A stretch of DNA of 64,000 nt from Octopus vulgaris (lineage: Eukaryota): assembly GCA_951406725.2 (NCBI GenBank), contig OX597814.1, positions 136,648,001 through 136,712,000 on the forward strand, given 5' to 3'. This document shows positions 14,046 through 28,921 of the stretch, in pieces. The translations under genes and the position numbers were made by a program. Each line of letters opens with the position of its first letter. The stretch's first letter is position 1. A model generated the notes under the pieces. The model was not told the DNA's origin, did no database searches, and saw nothing but the letters and a program-made list of their open reading frames with translations.

Positions 14046-14615
14046 TCCACGGTGACTATACTCCTTTTTCTAGCGTCCTATCTGACAACAAATTGATATA
14101 AGCATCCTGTTTGACAAAAAATCCACCATTCCAATTAAAGGGCATAAAATCCACAGAATCCCCTTACTCACAGAAACTGGATATCTTCCTCCTATTTCCT
14201 GTTTTGACACACAATCACCCACTTATTCAAAATATACACTACATTTAAACACATGCATCCTAATCCTCCAAAGAAGTTTTTCCAAGGACTATTATTGAAC
14301 TCTAATAGCATTAAGACCCTACAATGTATTGGTATACTTATTTATTACTTTTTGTATATATATTTTATTATTTTTTTGAAAAAACATTGTAAATTTCTTT
14401 TTCCCCTTCCTCAATTTAAAAAAAAAATTTTTCCCCTTCCAAATCTTAAAAATTTGTCTTGCCATAAAAAAACGGGTTGATTTATTATTTTTTCTTTTTT
14501 CATACATCCATTTTTATTAAAATTTACTTTGAATTTAGCATTCTGCCTTATTATAATTTTTCCTCTCCTTTCATTTCTCCACGTACGGTTGACACAACCT
14601 CACTATTTACTGACT

Positions 14616-14652
<37 letters not shown>

Positions 14653-14811
14653 GGTATATATAGAGAGAGAGAGAGAGAGTTCACGAAAAATACAAATGAC
14701 GAAGAGAGGTGGTGTAGAAAACAAACAGGTGTATTAGTATAACGCTCAGGAATTGAAAAAGTCTTTTACGTTTTGAACCTAAGCTCTTCTACAGAAAGGG
14801 ACACAGAAAAA

Positions 14812-14922
14812 AAGCAAGGAGAGAAACAAGGAGAGAAAAAGTGTGTGTAGTGGCTATCGATCTATCATGGCGACTGCTGGACAGAAGGGTCACACAAGAG
14901 AAGAGACCAAAGTCTACATATA

Positions 14923-15017
<95 letters not shown>

Positions 15018-15117
15018 CAAGGAGAGAAACAAGGAGAGAAAAAGTGTGTGTAGTGGCTACCGATCTATCATGGCGACTGCTGGACAGAAGGGTCACACAG
15101 GAGAAGAAACCAAAGTC

Positions 15118-15193
<76 letters not shown>
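14812..15193. repeat. Tandem duplication (~203-bp period) ending in (TA)n
   Basis: AAGCAAGGAGAGAAACAAGG...AAAGTCTACATATAA occurs at 14812 and again at 15015. Confidence 0.85.
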
Positions 15194-15195
<2 letters not shown>

Positions 15196-15516
15196 TGACG
15201 TTTACATCATTGAACTTTTGAATTTTGGGATTTTAAAAAATTTTCCTTTTCTTTTTATAGGTTTTGCTGTGGTTTATAGTTTTCGTAATTGTGCAGTTTG
15301 TATATATTGGCAGGTACTTAATTTTATCTTAAATCTTTATCGTGCGTTTAATTTGTTACAATAAAAGGTATGTTTACATATTCAAGTAGTCAGAGAGAAA
15401 AAGAAAGGTAAAATTTTCACAGAGAATTGTAGATATTAATGTGTTAAACTTTCTAAAGATGATCGTCTGTATATCCGGCCTGAGAAAATTGTAGTATTCT
15501 TGCAATAAAAAGGATA

Positions 15517-15620
<104 letters not shown>

Positions 15621-15740
15621 CCACCACCACCACCACTACCATCACCACCATAACCACCACCACCACCACCACCACCACCATCATCATCACCACCACCACC
15701 ACCATCACCATCATCATCATTATCATCATTATTATCATCA

Positions 15741-15775
<35 letters not shown>

Positions 15776-15779
15776 GTTA

Positions 15780-15823
<44 letters not shown>

Positions 15824-15866
15824 GTAATTGTTGTTGTTGTCGTTGTTGTTATTATTATTATTATTA

Positions 15867-15940
<74 letters not shown>

Positions 15941-17840
15941 GGCGGTAAGCCGGTAGAATCGTTAACACGTTGAGTGAAATGCTTCGCGGTATTTCGTCCA
16001 TCTTCAACTTCTGAGTTCAAAGTCCGCTGAGGTCGACTTGCCTTTCATTCTTTCTGAGTCAATAAAATCAGTACCAGTTGAGTACTTGAGCCGATGTATT
16101 CGACTATCCCTCTCCTCCTAATTTCAGGCTTTGCGCCTTTAGAAGAAAGTACTGTTATTATTATGCTCGATTTTGTTATTTTACCATTAGTTTTCATTTA
16201 TTTTGTATTTTAACAGAAACCGGCGGATATCGTATTTAAGTGGATAACTTTTTGAAAAGACAAAATTAAATTTTGTTTCTGTTTACTAATATATGGCTTT
16301 GTGACTGTTTGAAATTCCACTCATTACTTGGAGTAGAAAAATAGTTTACCTTTGTACTCAAAATAAAACTGACAGTGAAAAAACATCAAACAGTGCTTCA
16401 AACTTTAAAAATGTTTTACAATAGAATATACGAATAGAATAATGAATGCAAAAAAGCCGGCACGACAGCAATGACAACATATCAGAGACAACAACATTTT
16501 TTCATCTTTTGCGAAGATTGTGAGTAAATGGGGCAACTCGCAATTTAAGAAGCGGTTCGAGCAAAAGGGGAAGGAATGTACTAGATATATCAAAGTAATG
16601 TTTCTTTGCTGGATGGTTTATCCAGCAAAGTGGGAGGATGGAAGCCACATAGCTGGAATATTTTTTCCTTAAGGAAATGTAGTGGTCTCTCATAAGTCCC
16701 TCAAAACAGGGGCTTCAGAAAGTTCTAGCTGTTTCCAAATACCCTATTCCGATCGATTGAGTAAAGCATACGGGAACACGTAGCTGGTCATAAATATCTC
16801 GGATCAAGTGAAGAGAAAGATGAAACCACTGCACATTTACATACACGCCGGACAAAATGCTTAGCGGCATTTCGTCCAACTTTACGTTCTGAATTCAAAT
16901 TCAATGCTACAATACATTGCATCCTAGAATAAGTGGTAGTAAAGGCTTCCCGATGGATTTTTGCCAGGTCTAGAAGAACGAAGTCGCCTTGTCCACAGTG
17001 TTAACATAGCAGGGGGCTAATGAAAACCGAAGAAGCTGAGGAGGCCTCTAGCAGAGGAGCGGTTGCCACTCTCTCACTGGAGAAAGATTTAGATAGAGTT
17101 TAGAAGAACAGGAAAACATTGGACATAGTGGAATAAGAAAGGTAGGCAAATGATTGATTCTAAAAATCTAAACAAAATCTGGCAGTTCTTCCTGGAGAGT
17201 GTGCCCGATCTCACGAAGAGCCTGAAATCTTCGAAAGGGGATTTCAGGCCCATTTGTGTCAATATTGATTCTAGGAGGGACCCAATTACATATCGTTTGG
17301 ATTGAGTAGTAGATAGCATCCGAGGGATCATGTCCTGATGATGCGAATCACTTTACTGCTCGCCTAAAGTCCCAAATAAGCACGGCTAACTTCGTAATAC
17401 CCATTTTGAAGATGGTAGTCGAAACGGAAGGCAATTAAGATTGCAAGATACCCTAAAGTAACATAAGGGGTTGTTTTCACTTTTGCATAAGTGGTTGCCT
17501 TATTTGTGTCTGATTTACGTACCGAATTCTTGACTTGATATTGTATATATATATATATATATATATCATATATATGGATATCCCTATGTGTTTTTCAGCC
17601 CCCTATTGCATGTCCCGTCTTTTGTATCGTTTGTTTTGGGCCTTTCTACTACTACTACTCTAGCAAAATCGTTACCACGCCAGGCAAAATGCTTAGCAGC
17701 ATTTAGTCCGTCTCTACGCTCTGAGGTCAAATTCCCTCGCGGTTGACTTTATCTTTTATTCTTTACGCACTGGGATCGGTATAACCGACTTAACCCATCC
17801 CCAAGGTTTCAGGCCTTGCGCCTATAGTTGGAAGGATTAC

Positions 17841-17912
<72 letters not shown>

Positions 17913-17943
17913 CATCATCAACATCATCATCCTCATTATCATC

Positions 17944-18002
<59 letters not shown>

Positions 18003-18053
18003 TGAGTGAGAGAACAGGGTATGCCATCTAAGTGACACTGGAGTACAAATATA

Positions 18054-18720
18054 CGAGATCTGATCAATAAGTTTCCGGACTGTTGCCATAGTTATAGCTT
18101 GGCAAAGGTTGACCTTGAACTCTGCTGTGCATACATACGAAGTCTTAACGTTCTAGCTCACGGCCGAAGGCGTGCAGCGTGTAATCGTCGCATTGACCAT
18201 GACAAAGTTGCTATGGCGATACCTCTTCAGAGGCCTAAGCAAATTTGCAGAAAGTGTATGGAGAAGGGTGTATGGGCCGCACACATGTGTACGAGTGGGC
18301 CGGACGTTTCCAAGATGGCAGAAAAGATGTTCATATTGACAAACGTTCTGGGAGACCCGCGACCGGCAGAACTGAGAAAAACATCGCAGGTGTACGTGCA
18401 GCTGTGAGGGGAAATCGTCGAACTGAGTTATCAGGGGATGTTCAGATTAGTTACGGTTCAGTTCATTCCATCATCACTGAAGATTTGCGTATGAGACGCG
18501 TGTCTGGCAAGCTTGTGCCACAACTGCTTTCAGCTAACCAAAAAGACACTCGGGTTTCAATTACATAAGATCTTGATTGTGTCGAGAACGATGAAAACTT
18601 TTTGAAAACTTTGCGTACACCTCTGAGCAGGTATCGCCAAGCTTTTGGCAAAATTTGATGCAGATTCTCTGCTCAGCTCATCCCTTACACCCAAAATTGA
18701 TGCCCTTGTAGCAAAATTTG
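18054..18720 (+). mobile_element. mariner transposon 5' fragment (left TIR plus HTH region)
   Basis: TA|CGAGATCTGATCAATAAGTTTCCGGACT terminus. ORF 18245-18568 QKVYGEGCMGRTHVYEWAGRFQDGR...RSGRP...KLVPQLLS is a mariner N-terminal HTH with a WVPHEL-like motif. The catalytic domain is missing. Confidence 0.85.
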
Positions 18721-18735
18721 AAACCATTATCACTA

Positions 18736-19216
<481 letters not shown>

Positions 19217-19223
19217 TATTATT

Positions 19224-19322
<99 letters not shown>

Positions 19323-19889
19323 GTGAGGACGCATGGCCTAATGGTTAGTGTGTTCCACTCACGATCGAGAGATCGTGATTTCAATATCTAGAGTGCGATC
19401 ACTTCGGCACCTGACGCGTGGTACACCATGCACCTGGTCGTGGAGGAGGTTGCGGTGGTGATTGCATAGTGAAAAGTATGTTTTTTTTTCAATTGAACTA
19501 TGCTTTTCATATCATCTATTGCTTAACGCATGTGCATAAGTGCAATTCTGTGAATTATTTATGTGGCAGCAGATATATGCAGTTTAACTAAAGTTTGTAT
19601 CATATGTACGGATTTTTTAAAGAGAAAAATGGAAAAATAAGGGCAAATATTTATTTTATGAGTGCAGTGTATTAAGTCAATAAAATTGTGTATAAATTAT
19701 ATAAAGTGTATTAAAGTATATAAAGTGTATATATAAAGTGCATTTAGTAAATAAATAAATGAGTAATTATCGTTTTCCACAAAGAATAATTTCTAATTCG
19801 AGCCTACTCTAAGCTACTAAGAATGCGTGTGGCAACTTGAAGATCCACCCACCACACGCGATAGACTGGCGGTTGCACGGGCGCGAAAG

Positions 19890-20235
19890 CTACGTTGTTA
19901 TCCTCATTCCGTAAACGGTGGCTTTTAACGGGTGGGGAGGTGAATCATCCTGGGGTACAGAGGATTCGCAATCCAGACTAGGGTCTGAAAGTTTACCACA
20001 CCATAGTGGGTTACACCGTGGTTCCTCTGCTTTATGGCAGAAGTAGGAAGAAAGAGTGAGAGAAAGTTGTGATGAAAAAGTACAGCGGGGTTCACCACTC
20101 CCCACCACTGGGAGCCTTGTGGAGCTTAGGTCTTTTTGCTCAATAAACACTCACAATGCCCGATCTGGGAATCGAAACCGCGCCCTTACGACCGCGAGTC
20201 CGCTGTCCTAACCAGTGGGCCATTGAGCCTCCACT
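19890..20235 (-). mobile_element. SINE family C (tRNA-like head)
   Basis: Minus-strand head TGGAGGCTCAATGGCCCACTGGTTAGG...GTTTCGATTCCCAGA is shared with the copies at 25383 and 41327. Confidence 0.75.
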
Positions 20236-21119
20236 GCTGCGGCTGTTGCTCTTGTTACACAGATAACTGCTGAGGTAAAAAAAAAGAAAAACAAACCAAA
20301 AAAAAAAAGAACTTGTATGGAATGTTGTGGTTGGTTAGACAGAGAAACTGGTGAGAAATGCTTTTAACTTAGTTTCGAAGCAGACGCTCTCATGGAAGTA
20401 TATGTGTCTGTAATAAACGTACAAATATAATCTTCAGATCTGATTTATCAAAAGAGGTGGAAATTGGATATGCAAATGGGAGGGTGGATATTTATGGCGA
20501 GAAGAACAAAATAAAGATGAAATTAAAGCCTAAACATTAAAAGAAATACATTTACACTTTAAAATATGGTTTTGTGTTAAAAGAGAATTTGGTAAACTAG
20601 TTACATGCAGAGACTCGGTGATAACAAAAGTAAAAATATCATCATCATCATCATCATCATCGCTATCTTCATTCAGTTTCTATTGCATCCAGTGTTCAAG
20701 TCCCGCCGTCATCCAATTGGCTACCATAATTATTGCCCGGTTTAACACCACCACCTGATCTTTGGGTGATTTTAGTAAAGATCACTGTGTTGCAAGGCAT
20801 CCGGTCAGATCTTCGTTATGAAGATACTTTTCTCCCCCCCCTCCCCCACACCTTTATGCAAGACTTCGAGGTCCTGTGAAAGGTCATGAACCTTACCTTT
20901 CACGTGACAAAAAAGAAAAATTTAAAAAGTTATGCGCAGCCACGAAGTAACAAAGATATTCTTTATTAAATTTGGACTAATGTAAGTGAATTTTCGAACA
21001 AAGTAGGAATACTGAGAAAGTTCCACTTAGGATGTTACCGGAAAGGATATATAGACAATGTGTTTAGTACGCAGGTACGGAAACAGTTAAGGCATAATGT
21101 AACACAAACAATACAGATC

Positions 21120-21615
21120 CCTCTTTTATCTTTTCTTTTCCACTTGTTTCCTTCATTAGATTGCGGCCATGCTGGTGCACCGCCTTGAGGAATTTTAGTC
21201 GAACGAATCAACCCAAGTACTTTTGTTGAACCTGGCATTTATCCTGCCGTTCACTTTCGCCGAACCGCTAAGATACAGGCGACGTAAACACACCAACACC
21301 AGTTTCCATGCGGTGGTAGGAGACAAACACAAAATCAAGCACACACGCACACACGTACACACGCACACACACACACACATACACACACACACACATACGC
21401 ACATACCACACACACATAGATATACTACGGGCTCCTTTCAGTTTCCGTCTACCAAATCCACTCACAAGGCTTTGGTCGGCTCAAGTTATAGTAGAAGGCA
21501 CTTGCCCAAGTTGGTCCGAAGCTATAGAAGAAGATACTTGCCCAAGGTGCCAAGCAGTAGGACTGAACCCAGACCCATGTAGTTGGGAAGCAAACTTCTA
21601 ACCACACAGCTACGC
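21120..21615 (-). mobile_element. SINE family B, near full-length
   Basis: Reverse complement of the 26324-26768 element. A second copy lies at ~21755-22215. Confidence 0.8.
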
Positions 21616-23536
21616 CTTCAACACTTTTTGCTTCTGAATCAAATGAAATCCCTAATCGAAGCTCTAAATTGCTTTCACCTTGTATATGTTGGGTCTTTAT
21701 GAAGTTAAAATTCTTTGAGTCTATATTTTATATTTCATTGTTTCTCAACTTAGTTATCTTTTATTTGTTTCAATCATTGAACTGCGGCCATGCTGGAGCA
21801 CTGCCTTGAAACATTTAGCTCAACAAATCGACTATAATATATATTTTTTGTTTATTTTTAAGACATTTATTTTACTTGATTTAGATCTTCTGGTGAATCG
21901 CCAGGTTAGAAGAACGTAAATAAACCAACACCAGCTGGCAAGTGGTTGGGAGGGGGTAACACAAATACACACACACAAACATACATACACATACGCACGC
22001 ACACACACACACACACAAACACACACATATATATACAGAGAGAGAACGAGAGAGAGAGAGACGCAACAGGTTTTTTTCAAAGTCTCCGTCTACCAAATCG
22101 ATTCACAAGGCTTTGGTTGGCCCGGGACAGTTCTAGAAGACATTGGGCCGTAATGGGTTTGAACCCAAAGCCACGTGGCTTAGGAACAAGCTTTTCACCC
22201 TCACAATTACACTTGCGTCTGTTTGTATTTACATCATAAAACGTAACGGCTTCACAAAGAAACCCTGTAATTTAGCTAAACATTATTGCTTTTCTAATCA
22301 TATTAATTCCCTGCGTAGTAATATTTATTAAAGAGAAACTATGGAGTAGCAACCAATAACCCCGTAACTTAGATTATGTAAGAGCTCAAGCTTTTATTTA
22401 ATTTGCTTTTTAAGTCAAGATTTAATTCTGATGTCTTTTGCCGCTATATTTAATTTGAATTTTCAGACCAGAAATTCCTTTGTAACTATGTTTCTATTGA
22501 TTTACCTTTACCAAAATCGTGTTACGCAGTAAATTTTTCCCAGCCGGTTTTAAACCGTCTCGAATTTAACTGACTTTTAATTTCATAACCAAAAATTACA
22601 TTGCACCAGACTATCCGACAACTTTTCTTTATTTACTTTTCATTGTATAACAAAACGGTATAAGATTTATTTTACACATTTTTATATATAGTATCTCTGC
22701 ATTAGTATACCTCCCTTTTTGATATATCATAATCTTTTAATATCTAAATTTAATTTTAATACGTTCATTAACGAAGAATTTACTTTCAACTGATGTTTTA
22801 TGACTTTGAATGTCGAAATGTATTTAATAATTCTACAGTTCTAGCAATAACTATTTTTTCTAAATAACAAATTGTAGTTTGTAATCAAAGACACGATCAT
22901 TTTGATATAAACTTGTTTTCACTTATATTTTCGCATTTACACGTTTAGTTATATTCACGTTTTATTCATATGACCATCTATATAGTTTCTTTGTAAGTAA
23001 ATTAAGAAGTGAAATTCAACTAAAGAGGCTGTTTTTAAAGATGTCATACAGGTGTTTACACGGATAGATAGATTGATAAGTAGGTATGTAGGTACGTACT
23101 ACGTAGGTAGGTAGGTAAAGACGTCAAGTTTTCTCGTTTTTATAATATAATATATACATACATACAGCTTACATACAGCTTACATACATACATACATACA
23201 TGCATACATACATACATACATACATACATACATTCCACTACCAACAGACAAGTTTCTGAAGACACTCAAAAATCAGCCCAAAACTTCCAGAAAGACCGAT
23301 AAAAGATTTTAAGAGGTATCACCACCAGCGTCATTATTTCACAACTCTCGTATGTCACCGAATAAAACCGGTGAGGTAGATATGACAGGGAAATAAATAC
23401 AGTTTTAAAACAATTTAAAACTATAGTTTGAGAACAAGTTTTTCAAGTTCACAAAACTATGCTGCCGTGGCAGACGAATTTTGTGGAAATAAGAAAACAC
23501 TCTCATGTTAATAGTTATTGGTGATGTTGCTGTTGC

Positions 23537-24868
23537 AATGTCACTGCAGACAATATAAAAACGTGATTATACCAGTTAGACTAATTTCATTGCAGACAAT
23601 ATAAAAACGTGATAACACCAGTTAGACTAATGTCACTGCAGACTATATAAAAACGTGATAACACCATTTAGACTAATGTCACTGCAGACTATATAAAAAA
23701 GTGATAACACCAGTTAGACTGATGTCACTGCAGACTATATAAAAACGTGATAATACCAGTTAGACTAATGTCACTGCAGACTATATAAAAAAGTGATGAC
23801 ACCAGTTAGACTAATGTCACTGTAGACTATATAAAAACGTGATAATACCAGTTAGACTAATTTCACTGCAAACTATATAAAAACGTGATAACACCAGTTA
23901 GACTAATGTCACTGCAGACTATATCAAAACGTGATAACACCAGTTAGACTAATGTCACTGCAGACTATATCAAAACGTGATAACACCATTTAGACTAATG
24001 TCACTGCAGACTATATAAAAAGTGATGACACCAGTTAGACTAATGTCATTGCAGACTATATAATAACGTGATACCACCAGTTAGACTAATGTCACTGCAG
24101 ACTATATAAAAACGTGATAACACCATTTAGACTAATGTCACTGCAGACTATATAAAAACGTGATGACACCAGTTAAACTAATTTCACTGCAGACTATATC
24201 AAAACGTGATAACACCAGTTAGACTAATGTCACTGCAGACTATATCAAAACGTGATAATACCAGTTAGACTAATTTCACTGCAGACTATATCAAAACGTG
24301 ATAATACCAGTTAGACTAATTTCACTGCAGACTATATAAAACGTGATAACCCCAGTTAGACTAATGTCACTGCAGACTATATCAAAACGTGATAACACCA
24401 GTTAGACTAATGTCACTGCATACTATATCAAAACGTGATAACACCAGTTAGACTAATTTCACTGCAGACTATATCAAAACGTGAAAATACCAGTTAGACT
24501 AATGTCACTGCAGACTATATCAAAACGTGATAATACCAGTTAGACTAATTTCACTGCAGACTATATAAAAAAGTGATACCACCAGTTAGACTAACGTCAC
24601 TGCACACTATATAAAAAAGTGATAATACCAGTTAGACTAATGTCACTGCAGACTATATAAAAACGTGATAACACCAGTTAGACTAATGTCACTGCAGACT
24701 ATATAAAAAAGTGATAATACCAGTTAGACTAATGTCACTGCAGACTATATAAAAAAGTGATAATACCAGTTAGACTAATGTCATTGCAGACTATATCAAA
24801 ACGTGATAACACCAGTTAGACTAATTTCACTGCAGACTATATAAAAACCTGATAGCACCAGTTAGACT
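23537..24868. repeat. 46-bp minisatellite, ~29 copies
   Basis: Unit AATGTCACTGCAGACTATATAAAAACGTGATAACACCAGTTAGACT repeated head-to-tail with a few variant positions and no spacers. Confidence 0.95.
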
Positions 24869-25382
24869 GTCATTACCTAATTCTATGTGGTTGTTGTCAT
24901 TCTGAAGGAAAACTTAGGTGGCATCTGCAAATATGCAGTTATGATACAGCATAAACAGCCTGGATGTATAACGAAATATAAAGAAAGGACAAGCTGTGTT
25001 TCTGAATCGTTTCAGAATATTTAAATACGAACATAAGAAGTGAGGGGAATGATTCACAGTACCACCAATTATATCTTTTCTTTTATTCTTTTAGTTGTTT
25101 CAGTCATTAGACTGTGGCCATTCTGGAGCACTACCTAGAAGCATTTTTTGTCGAAAGGATCAACTTCAGTACTTATTTTTTTTAAGCCTGATAGTTAGGT
25201 TTCCGCTAAATCACGGGAACGTAAACACACCAAGACTGGTTGTCAAGTGGTGGTGGGGATAAACACAGACACAAAGAAACATACACCCAGGCATACACAG
25301 GCAGATAGATATACGCATACACATACCTACAAACACACATGCACACGCACATACACGTTCACACACACGCACATATATACAG

Positions 25383-25765
25383 TGGAGGCGCAATGGCCCA
25401 GTGATTAGGGCAGCGGACTCGCGGTCATAGGATCGCGGTTTCGATTCCCAGACCGGGCGTTGTGAGTGTTTATTGAGCGAAAACACCTAAAGCTCCACGA
25501 GGCTCCGGCAGGGGATGGTGGTGATCCTTGCTGTACTCTTTCACCACAACTTTCTCTCACTCTTACTTCCTGTTTCTGTTGTACCTGTATTTCAAAGGGC
25601 CGGCCTTGTCACTCTCTGTGTCACGCTGAATATCCCCGAGAACTACGTTAAGGGTACACGTGTCTATGGAGTGCTCAGCCACTTACACGTTAATTTCACG
25701 AGCAGGCTGTTCCGTTGATTTGGATCAACCAGAACCCTCATCGTCGTAACCGACGGAGTGCTTCC
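25383..25765 (+). mobile_element. SINE family C, full-length
   Basis: A-box TGGCCCAGTGA and B-box GGTTTCGATTCC. The tail ...GTCGTAACCGACGGAGTG is shared with 50330-50520 (minus). Confidence 0.8.
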
Positions 25766-26323
25766 GACATATATACACGACGGGCTTCTTTCAGTTTCTG
25801 TCTACCAAATCCACTCACAAGGCTTTGGTCAACCCGAGGCTATAGTGGAAGACACTTGGCCACGTTGCCACGTTATTGGACTGAACCAAGAATCATGTGG
25901 TTCGGAAGCAAACTTCTTACCACACAGCCTTGCCTGCGTCTATATCTTGAGGAAAAATTGGCAAAATGTGTACGAAGGTTCTGTACGCAAAATATTTTGT
26001 AAAAGTTAATGACTTCGTATTATGAACTCAAGACACTGAGTTTAAAAAGTTTGAACGACGCAATGTTAAATGGATAACGCTCCTTCTCGAATCATACAGA
26101 CTAATAGGGTTGGCTTCCCGGTTTCTATTTTAAATATATAATCCCCACGTGAACGCGACGCCGATCTGTCGCAGGATTACTCTTTTTTTCTTACCAGCTG
26201 AGTGAACTGGAGCAACGTGAAATGAAGTGTTTTGCCCAAGAACACAACGGATCTTTCGGTCCAGAAATCGAAACCACAATCATACGGTCATGAGTCCAAC
26301 ATCCTTACAAATAAACCATGCAT

Positions 26324-26495
26324 AGGCGCAGGAGTGGCTGTGTGGGAAGTAGCTTGCTAACCAACCACATGGTTCCGGGTTCAGTCCCACTGCGTGGCAC
26401 CTTGGGCAAGTGTCTTCTACTATAGCCTCGGGCCGACCAAAGCCTTGTGAGTGGATTTGGTAGACGGAAACTGAAAGAAGCCTGTCGTATATATG

Positions 26496-26553
<58 letters not shown>

Positions 26554-26768
26554 TGTGTGTGTTTGTGTGTCTGTGTTTGTCCCCCTAGCATTGCTTGACA
26601 ACCGATGCTGGTTTGTTTATGTCCCCGTAACTTAGCGGTTCGGCAAAAAGAGACCGATAGAATAAGTACTGGGCTTATAAAAAAAGAATAAGTCCCGGGG
26701 TCGAGTTGTTCGATTAAAGGCGGTGCTCCAGCATGGCCGCAGTCAAATGACTGAAACAAGTAAAAGAG
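26324..26768 (+). mobile_element. SINE family B (CORE-like), full-length, with internal microsatellite and LINE-like 3' tail
   Basis: tRNA-like head, CORE-like segment, internal (TA)n(TG)n, and a tail GGCGGTGCTCCAGCATGGCCGCAGTCAAATGACTGAAACAAG matching the LINE end at 31667. Confidence 0.85.
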
Positions 26769-27606
26769 TAAAGAGAGAGAGTAAAGAGCATCTCCACAGC
26801 TAGTACTAACCAGAGAATGAAAGCTAGATTTGACTTTTGCTAGATTTGAACTCAGGGTGCAGAAAACCGAACCAAATGCCAAACCACCATCTAGTTTACT
26901 GGTGGAGATTATATATATATTTGTGAATTAAGGCTACCATTGGTTTCATGTTTAGAAAAGTAGGAAAATATCCTAGTGTCTTAACAAGTTTTCAAGCCGA
27001 TCACATGGAGAAAGTTGTTCGCCTCTATTTTGGAAAACAGTCTGGCAGAATAGAATAAGCAGAGCGAGAAGACGGAAGTGTCGCTGAGAAGGTCACAGAT
27101 GTGTGACAAAAGATTTCCGGACAATGGACATGATTTAGAATAAGAAGAGTAACAAACGAGTGAAGAACGAATATATAGTGCGTGTATTTATTTGCCCCAC
27201 ATCCAAATGACCATCCCTAAATACAACATCTGTTTCAACACACGACTTCCCATCAGGAACTTTGTAACACAAGCGTATATATATATATATATGAATCTAC
27301 ACATGCATATGTCTATAGAAATAAATCGCGAAATTAATGGTCATATTTTACAATTCCCGTATGCACCATACCCTAGGCGTAACGGAAGTGATGTCATTAT
27401 GCATATAACACTTTTACAAGAACAGTAGTGATAGTAACTTCAGTTTCGGCCTGCTACTTTTCATTAAACGGCCTAAACATCAAAGTGAGTGTCACCACAC
27501 GTTTTCTAAAAGTCTAGTATGAATGTGCTCGACATAAAGTATTGAGTAATACTTCAGTTTAATGTAAAATTGTTTTTATTATAAATTCGACATAAAAATA
27601 AACATT

Positions 27607-28182
<576 letters not shown>

Positions 28183-28521
28183 TAAACTATATTCAATCTT
28201 TGAGCAAGATATAAACTGTAGCAGTACGGAGTCGTAACATATAAATGTTAACCCAACCAAGTGTGGAGTCCTATACAGAACAGTACTGCTGACGTTTATA
28301 GCCCCAGGAAGACATCTCTTCCAGCTGGCTAAGGACACACATCCTGTGTACCCTTAGTATTTGCGAAGGAAGGTCGTCGCTCCCATCACTAGCCTTACGT
28401 GTTACACACGGACTCGAGTTTCTGGATGGTTAGCAGTCCTCAACGTGTGTTAATCAAGAAAGATTCATACAGCATACATATATACATACATACATATACA
28501 TATATACGTACATATACATAC

Positions 28522-28552
<31 letters not shown>

Positions 28553-28693
28553 TATATGGCATTCTTATAGATATAAGAATAATCGCTGCCATGGTCAGCT
28601 CCATGAGGCCACCGCCATCAAGATAGCTATTGATACACGATCTGTATCCATTATAACCTTCGAACAAGGGAGGTCAGCCGCTTCACACTGCCA

Positions 28694-28753
28694 GTCCGAC
28701 AGCTACAGACGCGTTTCGGGGTATTGCCCCTTGTCGATGTAGCGCAGTCAGAC
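28694..28753 (-). ncRNA. Type I hammerhead ribozyme, inverted copy (core UCGACAA)
   Basis: Minus strand GCTACA-TCGACAA-GGGG CAATA CCCC-GAAA-CGCG-TC-TGTAGC. Confidence 0.6.
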
Positions 28754-28861
28754 CCGCTTAGTAATTTTAATATTTCTATTATTGAAAACAAGTGGATGTA
28801 TTCCACTGAAACTAAGTAAATATAAGCCTTCGAACAGAGACGTCAGTGGCGACACCTGCGG

Positions 28862-28921
28862 GTCTGACTGCGCTACATTGACAAGGGGCAATACCCCGAA
28901 ACGCGTCTGTAGCTGTCGGAC
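28862..28921 (+). ncRNA. Minimal type I hammerhead ribozyme (U3-A8 variant core)
   Basis: GTCTGAC.TGC.GCTACA | TTGACAA | GGGG-CAATA-CCCC | GAAA | CGCG | TC | TGTAGC.T.GTCGGAC. Stem I is 6+7 bp, stem II 4 bp, stem III palindromic (ACGCGT). Predicted GUC cleavage after 28907. Confidence 0.8.

Noticed and set aside
16210-16830. Third Tc1/mariner remnant
   Set aside because: Only faint motif echoes, with no readable catalytic motif or paired TIRs.
17330-17430. CTGATGA and TTGAAGA...GAAAC motifs as hammerheads
   Set aside because: Stems I and III could not be formed convincingly.
23537-24868. CRISPR array
   Set aside because: Units are contiguous with no unique spacers, there are no cas genes, and the context is eukaryotic.
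27425-27500. Hammerhead-like motif on the minus strand (TGATG...GGCC..GGCC GAAA)
   Set aside because: The core is broken and no stem I in the correct register could be drawn.
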